DNA of 64,000 nt from a virus, in the IMG/VR virus record IMGVR_UViG_3300025809_002164, positions 32,001 through 96,000 of that record; one strand, given 5' to 3'. The translations under genes were made by a program, and so were the position numbers. The notes under the pieces are model-generated. The model was given only the letters and a program-made list of their open reading frames with translations. It was not told the origin of the DNA and searched no databases. Below, piece after piece: positions 56,831 through 64,000 of the stretch. Numbering within the stretch: position 1 is the first letter of the stretch; the number at the start of each line of letters is the position of its first letter.

Positions 56831-57375
56831 GTATACAAATATATAAGCCCAATAAAAGTAACTCAGGGTTTGCTTTCAGTTTTTATACTGGAGAAAACTT
56901 CAAAGATAAATCTCCGATATTATTTATTAATGCCATAGCTCAACACTCTTGGGACGATTCAAGAAAGGTTGGTTCATTTTCTGGGAACAAAAAAAACCAA
57001 GAAAAAAATATAAGTATTAAATTCAATCAATTCGAGTGCGGGTCAATAGTTAGCTCTATAATCAACAGGTTCGAGTGGAATACATATCACTCATTTGAAG
57101 ATAATAGAACCCAAATAAAGCTATCTCCATGGGATAAAGAAATATCAACAACTAGAATTAATCAAAAGACAAAAGAATCATATCAAGAAAAGTATAAAGT
57201 TCCCGCATTCGGTCTATCTATAACAAGAAATGGAAGCCAGACATTTAAAATACCGCTAGAGCCTGGAGAAGCTCAATGCTTAAGAATTTTATGTGAAGAA
57301 ATCGTAAAAAAATCTTGTGAGCATAATGTTTATAAATCTACAAAAAAGGTAGAGCCAGAAGAATACGAATTTTAA
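56827..57375 (+). CDS. Hypothetical protein
   Basis: 182 aa with acidic-aromatic tail EEYEF. Confidence 0.65.
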   Translation: MSIQIYKPNKSNSGFAFSFYTGENFKDKSPILFINAIAQHSWDDSRKVGSFSGNKKNQEKNISIKFNQFECGSIVSSIINRFEWNTYHSFEDNRTQIKLSPWDKEISTTRINQKTKESYQEKYKVPAFGLSITRNGSQTFKIPLEPGEAQCLRILCEEIVKKSCEHNVYKSTKKVEPEEYEF

Positions 57376-59289
57376 ATGAAAAAATTAAAAGTATTAATTC
57401 ACAGCAATCACTCTCGAGCTAAAACAGGTTTTGGTAAACATTTAAAAAACTTAATCACATATTTGTATAAAACAAAAAAATACGATATCATAGAATTAGC
57501 AAACGGCAAACAAGAAAACGATCCTTCTCTTGCTACTATGCCTTGGAAATGCCTAGGCTCTCTACCTAGTGACCCTAGATTAATACAGGAATGTAACTCA
57601 GATCCCAACAAGGGCAGGCTGGCCAGTTACGGCCACTACATGATAGATCAAGCGATCAAGAATGAAAAGCCTGATGTGTATTTAGGGGTAGAAGATATAT
57701 GGGGCTTAGAGGGGTTATGGAAAAAAAAGTGGTGGAAAAAAATACACTCAATAGTATGGACCCCCATTGATAGTGTTCCGTTATTGGATAAACATATAGA
57801 GGGTGCATTAAATTCCAAGAAGATGATAGTTCAAGCTTCCTTTGCGATGAAAGCTCTAGAGGAAAAGGGTATAAAAAATACAGAGCTACTCCCGGTACCC
57901 CTAGACCCATCTAATTTTTTCAAGATAAGCGATACTGATAAACTAAATCTAAGACTTTTAAATAGTATAGGCAAGGATGACTTTATAATCGGTTTTGTTT
58001 TTCGCAATCAACTGAGGAAAAGTGTACCAAACCTACTAGAAGGATTTAAAACTTTTATTAAAAATAATCCTGGAACAAATGCAAAATTATTATTCCACAC
58101 ACACTGGAATGAAGGCTGGGACATTCCGAGGTTATTAAAAGAAAAAAACATAGATCCTAAATTAGTATTAACCACTTACTTTTGTGATAAATGTAATAAA
58201 TATGAAATAAAACCATTCTCAGGCCAGGAACTAGACTGCAAGTTTTGCGGATCTAAAAAGTCCCAACAGACATCTCAAATAAACAGGGGAGTTTCCGAGT
58301 CTCAATTGAATGAAATTTACAATTTAATGGATGTATATTGCCATCCATTTACATCAGGAGGTCAAGAGATACCAATCCAAGAAGCGAAACTTTGTGAAAT
58401 TATAACCCTAGTTACTAATTATTCATGCGGAGAAGATTACAGTTCTATAGAATCTGGAGGCCTACCATTAACTTGGAGTGAATACAGAGAGCCAGGGACT
58501 CAATTCATTAAAGCTTCAACCGATAGCTCTAGTATAGAGTCTCAGTTAAAAGTTGTTTTTAATATGAGTAAAAAAGATAGAAGTTCCATGGGCAAGATTG
58601 CAAGAAAATTCACTATAGATTTTTGCTCAATTGATTCCGTTTGCTCTAAGTTTGATGATATTATATCTACAGTCACTCCCTCCGATTGGGATTTCAATCT
58701 AGATTACGAAGTTAAGAACGACACATACAATCCCCCTGAAATCAAAGAGGACAGAGAGTGGGTTATTGATTTGTATAAAAATATACTTAAAATTAATGCA
58801 GAGGAGGAGGATGTGGCTGGAATAAACCATTGGGTCTCCAGGCTTAAATCAGACTTAAACAGGCAGGCAGTCTATAATTATTTTATAGATGTAGCCAGAA
58901 AAGATAACTCAGAAAATAATAAAGTTCCATTTGAGGAGACCTTAGATCCAGAAGATAAAGGCAAAAGGATACTATTTGCCTTGCCCGGCTCAAGTATAGA
59001 TGTATTTAATTCAACATCTTTATTGAAATATATAAAAGACAAGTACCCAGATAATAATATTTATTATGCCACTGATAAAGAAAATTTTGAAATTCTTTTT
59101 GGTAACCCATATATACATAAATTAATTCAATACGACCCAATAATGGAAAATTTTTCATGGGCAGAAGGTCAAGGATCTCACGAAGGGTTCTTCAATTTTG
59201 TATTAATACCCCACACCAACACCCATAAGGCTCCTAACTTTATACACGGAGATAAACATAAAATAGAATACGATATAAATTATGCATAA
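57376..59289 (+). CDS. Multidomain GT4-like glycosyltransferase with zinc-ribbon insert and GT9-like tail
   Basis: TGFG, WTPIDS, RNQLRKS, CDKC...CKFC, LNEIYNLMD, GGQEIPIQEA, GNPYIHK. Confidence 0.8.
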   Translation: MKKLKVLIHSNHSRAKTGFGKHLKNLITYLYKTKKYDIIELANGKQENDPSLATMPWKCLGSLPSDPRLIQECNSDPNKGRLASYGHYMIDQAIKNEKPDVYLGVEDIWGLEGLWKKKWWKKIHSIVWTPIDSVPLLDKHIEGALNSKKMIVQASFAMKALEEKGIKNTELLPVPLDPSNFFKISDTDKLNLRLLNSIGKDDFIIGFVFRNQLRKSVPNLLEGFKTFIKNNPGTNAKLLFHTHWNEGWDIPRLLKEKNIDPKLVLTTYFCDKCNKYEIKPFSGQELDCKFCGSKKSQQTSQINRGVSESQLNEIYNLMDVYCHPFTSGGQEIPIQEAKLCEIITLVTNYSCGEDYSSIESGGLPLTWSEYREPGTQFIKASTDSSSIESQLKVVFNMSKKDRSSMGKIARKFTIDFCSIDSVCSKFDDIISTVTPSDWDFNLDYEVKNDTYNPPEIKEDREWVIDLYKNILKINAEEEDVAGINHWVSRLKSDLNRQAVYNYFIDVARKDNSENNKVPFEETLDPEDKGKRILFALPGSSIDVFNSTSLLKYIKDKYPDNNIYYATDKENFEILFGNPYIHKLIQYDPIMENFSWAEGQGSHEGFFNFVLIPHTNTHKAPNFIHGDKHKIEYDINYA

Positions 59290-60424
59290 ACTAGAAAGCT
59301 TCGCTCTATCATCTGGGTCTAAAATTGAAAAACCTTTCATAGAACAGTGCTTCTTTCCTATATTGGAAAAGAAATTTATATGTATTAGTCAGAAATCAGA
59401 AAGCGAATCTAAGAAATACAACTTTTTTGATGATGTAATTTTTCATATAAAACCTTTCTTGGAAAGAAACGGAATATCTATAGTTGAGATCGGGAGTAAT
59501 AAATCTAGGCCAACTTTTTATTCTAAGACTTATTCAAATTTAACCACACTTCAGTCTAGTTATTTAATTAATAAATCAATATTATATCTAGGCAACTATA
59601 ATTTGCATGCGAACATAGCTGCTCACTTTAATAAGAAAGTAATATTTCCATCAAACAATGATTTCACTGAGACTTTTAAACCTTATTGGTCTAAGAAAGA
59701 TTTGTGCAGCATAATCACTCCAGACCTTAAAATTAAGCCTACCTTCCAGAACGAAGAAAGCCCTAAGACTATAAATAAAATCAACCCAGAAGATGTCGCC
59801 TGCGAAGTTCTAGACCTACTAGAAATACCTCACAACCTTCAGAACATTCGTACAGTTTTCCTAGGGGAACTATACAAAGATCCGATCATAGATTTAATTC
59901 CCGAAGAATTCAACGTTAATGCAATGAATATATCTGGTCCAGTAAACATCAGGTTTGATAAAGTTTTTAATCCCCAATTTCTGAATCTTTGCGAGTCTCT
60001 TAAATTAATTAATATAATAACAGATAAAGTTATACCTGTAGAGTATATTAAAAATATAATAAACAACATAAACTCAATAACATTTTTTGTAAACTCAAAA
60101 ACCACAGAAGACGAAATGAATATCATGCAGTCCATAGGTAAACCTTTAGTTTTATTATGTAAAGAATCTAAAAACATAGACAAACTCAGGCTCAAATTTA
60201 TAGACTACCCCATTAAACTATTTACGACATTAACAAAAAAAGATTTAAACCAGCCGGTTCTTAGTGATTTAAAATTTCTAAGCAAGAAAAACATAATAAG
60301 CAAAGGTAATGTATTCAACTCTTATTTATCATTAAGTTTAAATAAAAACGTTTCATCTATAACTAATTCTAAAGAAGTCTGGGAAGACTTGCCATATTTT
60401 AGAATTTTTAGAGAAAAAGCTTGA
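59282..60424 (+). CDS. GT9-like (possibly degenerate) glycosyltransferase fusion
   Basis: IVEIG, QSSYLINKSILYLG, NIAAHFNKK, INKINPEDV. Confidence 0.5.
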   Translation: MHKLESFALSSGSKIEKPFIEQCFFPILEKKFICISQKSESESKKYNFFDDVIFHIKPFLERNGISIVEIGSNKSRPTFYSKTYSNLTTLQSSYLINKSILYLGNYNLHANIAAHFNKKVIFPSNNDFTETFKPYWSKKDLCSIITPDLKIKPTFQNEESPKTINKINPEDVACEVLDLLEIPHNLQNIRTVFLGELYKDPIIDLIPEEFNVNAMNISGPVNIRFDKVFNPQFLNLCESLKLINIITDKVIPVEYIKNIINNINSITFFVNSKTTEDEMNIMQSIGKPLVLLCKESKNIDKLRLKFIDYPIKLFTTLTKKDLNQPVLSDLKFLSKKNIISKGNVFNSYLSLSLNKNVSSITNSKEVWEDLPYFRIFREKA

Positions 60425-60449
60425 CCTAACAATACATATGTGGTATTGT
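60421..60449 (+). promoter_or_regulatory. Sigma70-type promoter
   Basis: TTGACC-17 nt-TATTGT with extended TG; -35 contains the upstream TGA stop. Confidence 0.6.
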
Positions 60450-60455
60450 ATTTAG

Positions 60456-61217
60456 ATGCCTAAGAAAAAAGAAACTACAGTAGATAATTCCTCCGGCCCA
60501 TTATTATTTAAGAGAGATGAAAACGGCCTACTTATTAATAACCAGTATGAATTCAACGAAGACGGTTCCGTTAATTGGAGAGCAATGATAAGAGAAGAAT
60601 ATCTATTTCCTAATAAGTCTTGGTTTGATTTGCGGAAAAAAGATATGCCAAGATCTATAACTGGGCTACAAGATCACCAATTATTAATAAAGCTAGGAGG
60701 AATAAAAGAGCTTGCTAGAATGAGAGGGTTTTCTAAAATTTCTTACGATTTAATAAAATCTGAAATAGATCACGTAGCAGTAGTGTGTAGTATATTATAC
60801 ATTCCTAACTATGAGACCTCAGGAGAGCCAGTTTTATTTCAGGATGTAGCTAATGCAACAATTGAAAATACTAGTAGTTTTGCCAAAAAATTTCTAGAAA
60901 CAATAGCTTGCAATAGGTCATTCGTTAGGTGTGTTAGGAACTTCTTAAATGTGCATATTGTAGGAGACGACGAAATAGATAAGTCAGACAGTCAAAAGCC
61001 TCAACAAAACAACGAACTTTCTCCCGTCGGATTCCTAAAAAAAGAACTTTCAGAGAATCACGGAATATCTTCCTACGAAGAATTTTTACCAGAATTAAGG
61101 GAAATGCACAAAGCAGGAAACCTTAATATAACAACAGACATAATTAAAACTTGGAGCGGCTTTAATGACATATCCCCCAAAGATTGCAGGGTGCTACTTT
61201 CAATTTTAAAAAAATAA
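60456..61217 (+). CDS. Possible single-strand annealing protein (Rad52/Sak-like)
   Basis: ANAT...LETIACNRSFVRCVRNFL...DEI resembles the SSAP core; inference. Confidence 0.4.
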   Translation: MPKKKETTVDNSSGPLLFKRDENGLLINNQYEFNEDGSVNWRAMIREEYLFPNKSWFDLRKKDMPRSITGLQDHQLLIKLGGIKELARMRGFSKISYDLIKSEIDHVAVVCSILYIPNYETSGEPVLFQDVANATIENTSSFAKKFLETIACNRSFVRCVRNFLNVHIVGDDEIDKSDSQKPQQNNELSPVGFLKKELSENHGISSYEEFLPELREMHKAGNLNITTDIIKTWSGFNDISPKDCRVLLSILKK

Positions 61218-61220
61218 TAT

Positions 61221-63335
61221 CTAACCTTTAATCCCAGCGGGCCCAGTGTCCAATACAGATTCTATATTAAAAATAGATTCTTTATCTAACTTCTTAATAG
61301 TAACTATCATATCCTTCATATCTAAGTCGTGTAAGATTTTGGCCTCACCATTAACTTCAACCACTGGAACTTTTTCTTTTAACTTAGCTTTAATTTTACC
61401 ATTAGCTAAGCACCAAGTGCCCCTAGTCTGCACGGTATTTCCCTGTTCGGGTTGACACTTAAAGTCACTTTCACTAGTGTCATGATGGTAGCTTAAGTGT
61501 GAATTTTCATCAAGATCTTCATAAAATTCATCCTTCTCATAATATTCTTTACTAAATTGATTTTGTGAAGGTTTGTGTAAATTACTAGGAGTGCTATTAC
61601 TATCGGAATGAGAAAAAGTAACTATGGATTCAGCGAATATAGTTATTCCATCTGGATCAGATTTAGAAGTCTTAAACTCCTTGGATGATCCATTAACAGT
61701 AGGAACTATACCGTCTTTAGTAGGATCTTGTACCCAGTTAAACTTAATATTTTCATCATCTATATCGTCTTTACTCCAGAAAAACCTTTTACTTTTTGAG
61801 AGTATATTACCCTCAACATTTATCTCAAACGTTTCGTCAAACCCAACATTTTGCTTCTCCGCTTTAACTGCAGCATTATCGCAAAAGCATCTCACAGCTA
61901 AGAAATAATCAGACTGTGTCATTGATATTGAGCTTCCACCACCAGCATCTTCAGAGCTTATCCCCGTCCATGTACCATCTCTTTTTTGATAACTAAGGAT
62001 ATTAGCATCTTGTGAATTTTCTACTTTTATTTTCTTTGGGTTCTTTGGATTAGGAGGACCTATTGAATTACCCCCTGGAGAGTAGACATGAACTAAGACT
62101 GGCAAGAAATTAGTAGGAGCTAAACATTTAATTTTCCCAGAACTAGAAACCCTTACTATTTTTTTATCATCATTCCTAGAGAAAACAGGCCCTCTGCTAT
62201 CTGAATCCCATCCCGCCCCCCTGACTCCATCTTTACCTCCATCAACAGATCTAGCTAGTCTGGCCCTATATCTCAATCCTACATCTGGAAAATTGATATT
62301 AGCTTCCTCCCCCACTCCTAAAGTAATAGCCTGAGTTACTTCAAGAGCGGTATTTTCATTATCCATCTTAGAAAGATCAATAGACCTAGTTCCATAAACA
62401 AATTCTGCATCCTCATAAACATCCGAAGAGGTCAAGCCTCCCGTTAAGCCTGAGGATAATTTTATTGTTTTGTTAAAGCTATCTCCTTTTTCTATATCAC
62501 AATTACAATAGTGCCCATTTTTATGGTATCCTAAATTTTCATCTTTAATTTTTGAATCAACTCCGTCCTCTTTTACATTAGAATTGTCTAGATCATCAAA
62601 ACCTTGATCTCCTGCCCCAGCAGCGCATAAATTAACAGGTACATCTATAGGTATTTGCCAGCTACAGTTAGCTTGGTCCTTGAATATTACCATAGTTTTA
62701 CCTGGCTTTGTTGCGGTCATGGTAAAAGTATGTGAGTCTTCGTCAAAATTTTCATCAACATTGAAGTTATTTCTTCTTACTTGTTCTGCCCCCATCGTTC
62801 TCATCTCTGGTCTAAAATTGTTAGCAGCTACTGAAACAGGAGGGTCAATATTAATTATGTCAGGGTTAGCGACAACAGCAAACCTCATATTTCCCAACCC
62901 CCCTATAATCTTTATTTTAATTTCTTCTCCCTTAGGTATTGCCACTCCATTTAATTTTCCAAATTTTCCGGCAATCTTATTAACACAAGATCCTCCACCA
63001 AATGCAAGTTGACCTCTACCCGCAATAGCGGCAGCAAGGCCCCCAACCTGTATTGCTTTTATTCTATTGTCTACTACTCCATTACCTTCAGCCTCGACAC
63101 AATAATCAACACATCTTCTAGTTATTGTTAATGTACCTTTTATTTTATTATCGTTGCCAATAAAATTTTCACCATCAATCCAAATATGACTTTCTGGATT
63201 ATTTCTAAACACAGTGTTTTCAACAAAATTTATATTTCCACCACCATCTCCTGGTTGATAGTTCCATGAGATTATTTTATTAATCTTACCCGCAGGGCAA
63301 CACTGTTCGTTAAATTTGAATATATATTCTGCCAT
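61221..63335 (-). CDS. Large Gly/Cys-rich putative virion protein with Ig-like segments
   Basis: TATKPGKTMVIF and IVRVSSSGKIKCL resemble Big_2 strands; directly downstream of the mucin-like ORF. Confidence 0.55.
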   Translation of the reverse strand: MAEYIFKFNEQCCPAGKINKIISWNYQPGDGGGNINFVENTVFRNNPESHIWIDGENFIGNDNKIKGTLTITRRCVDYCVEAEGNGVVDNRIKAIQVGGLAAAIAGRGQLAFGGGSCVNKIAGKFGKLNGVAIPKGEEIKIKIIGGLGNMRFAVVANPDIINIDPPVSVAANNFRPEMRTMGAEQVRRNNFNVDENFDEDSHTFTMTATKPGKTMVIFKDQANCSWQIPIDVPVNLCAAGAGDQGFDDLDNSNVKEDGVDSKIKDENLGYHKNGHYCNCDIEKGDSFNKTIKLSSGLTGGLTSSDVYEDAEFVYGTRSIDLSKMDNENTALEVTQAITLGVGEEANINFPDVGLRYRARLARSVDGGKDGVRGAGWDSDSRGPVFSRNDDKKIVRVSSSGKIKCLAPTNFLPVLVHVYSPGGNSIGPPNPKNPKKIKVENSQDANILSYQKRDGTWTGISSEDAGGGSSISMTQSDYFLAVRCFCDNAAVKAEKQNVGFDETFEINVEGNILSKSKRFFWSKDDIDDENIKFNWVQDPTKDGIVPTVNGSSKEFKTSKSDPDGITIFAESIVTFSHSDSNSTPSNLHKPSQNQFSKEYYEKDEFYEDLDENSHLSYHHDTSESDFKCQPEQGNTVQTRGTWCLANGKIKAKLKEKVPVVEVNGEAKILHDLDMKDMIVTIKKLDKESIFNIESVLDTGPAGIKG

Positions 63336-63337
63336 AA

Positions 63338-64000
63338 TTAAAGATTTTGAATAAATACTACATCACATTCTTGATTTCCTGGAGTTAAGCTTACCGAAAT
63401 ACTAGGAGTAATAGTAGAAGTAACCGTAATGCTAGGAGTAATAGTAGGAGTAGTCGTAATGCTGGGAGTAATAGTAGGAGTAGCCGTAATAGTAGGAGTG
63501 GTCGTAATGCTAGGAGTAATCGTACTCGTTGGAGTAATCGAAATAGTACAGGTAACACTAGGAGTGATTGTAATACTAGGAGTAATAGTGGGAGTGATAG
63601 TAGGAGTAATCGTGCTCGTCGGAGTAATCGTACTAGTCGGAGTAATCGTGCTCGTCGCAGTAATCGTACTCGTTGGAGTAATCGTACTCGTTGGAGTAAT
63701 CGTACTCGTTGGAGTAATCGTGCTCGTCGGAGTAATCGTGCTCGTCGGAGTAATCGTGCTCGTCGGAGTAATCGTGCTCGTCGGAGTAATCGTGCTCGTC
63801 GGAGTAATTGTGCTGGTTGGAGTTGGCGACAGCCCTGGGGTAACGCTCTGTGTAGCAGTGGGAGTAGGGCTTTTATCTTGAGTGCTAGTTGGAGTAATTG
63901 TGCTTGTCGGAGTAATCGTGCTAGTTGGAGTAATTGTGCTAGTCGGAGTAATCGTGCTAGTCGGAGTAATTGTGCTTGTCGGAGTAATCGTGCTAGTCGG
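63338..64000 (-). CDS. C-terminal part of a mucin-like Thr/Pro/Ser-rich protein (start outside window; not in ORF track)
   Basis: Open frame from 64000: PTSTITPTSTIT...TQDKSPTPTATQSVTPGLSPTP(TSTITP)n...SISVSLTPGNQECDVVFIQNL, TAA at 63338-63340, 2 nt before the next ATG. Confidence 0.9.
   Translation of the reverse strand, partial: PTSTITPTSTITPTSTITPTSTITPTSTITPTSTITPTSTQDKSPTPTATQSVTPGLSPTPTSTITPTSTITPTSTITPTSTITPTSTITPTSTITPTSTITPTSTITPTSTITATSTITPTSTITPTSTITPTITPTITPSITITPSVTCTISITPTSTITPSITTTPTITATPTITPSITTTPTITPSITVTSTITPSISVSLTPGNQECDVVFIQNL
63400..64000. repeat. 18-bp coding tandem repeat encoding TPTSTI
   Basis: Unit ggagtaatcgtgctcgtc; variation mostly at third codon positions of the minus-strand frame. 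Confidence 0.92.

Noticed and set aside
2825-63012. Numerous short ORFs nested in or antisense to long genes (for example 3354-3578, 6989-7279, 26426-26833, 53879-54187)
   Set aside because: They overlap well-supported genes and show no motif or upstream signal.
63429-63881. Plus-strand (VGVIVL)n ORF
   Set aside because: Antisense shadow of the minus-strand TPTSTI mucin-like frame, which is co-directional and coupled with the next gene.
63400-64000. CRISPR array
   Set aside because: Contiguous 18-bp units with no unique spacers; variation follows codon positions.
1-64000. Stop-codon reassignment
   Set aside because: Conserved genes are full length in the standard code, and TAA, TAG and TGA all act as stops.
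1-64000. Cellular chromosome or eukaryotic giant virus origin
   Set aside because: No ribosomal or typical housekeeping operons; sigma70 promoters, tmRNA, DnaE/DnaB/SSB, dense orphan ORFs and divergent core genes fit a large bacteriophage. No capsid or terminase gene is in this window, so the call remains an inference.

Overview
This window looks like part of a large, AT-rich tailed-phage genome read in the standard genetic code; the host cannot be determined from the sequence. Genes run almost entirely on the minus strand from 1 to 52147, on the plus strand from 52337 to 61217, then minus again. Replication and repair: DnaE-type polymerase split into PHP, DEDDh exonuclease and catalytic genes, DnaB helicase, primase, RecA, SSB, several PD-(D/E)XK nucleases. 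Nucleotide metabolism: NrdA plus a class Ic-type NrdB lacking the radical tyrosine, dUTPase, Nudix, NDT-like protein. Expression and proteolysis: a sigma70-family factor, a ClpC/ClpA-type unfoldase and a complete tmRNA with an unusually long basic tag. Roughly half the window is glycan machinery in four clusters (two GT60s, GT61, GT77, GT2s, GT4s, GT9-like, Gmd/Fcl, a WbpB/E/D-like plus formyltransferase set, methyl- and sulfotransferases). Candidate protein acceptors lie in the same window: a mucin-like (TPTSTI)n ORF missed by the ORF track and a small protein with repeated N-x-S sequons. Two promoter classes are visible: TTGACT-17-TAnnAT and a GTGTA motif mostly 9-12 nt before ATG. The best candidate for a new system is phage-encoded, eukaryote-style mucin O-glycosylation of virion proteins. 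All family calls come from recognising motifs by eye; no searches were run.
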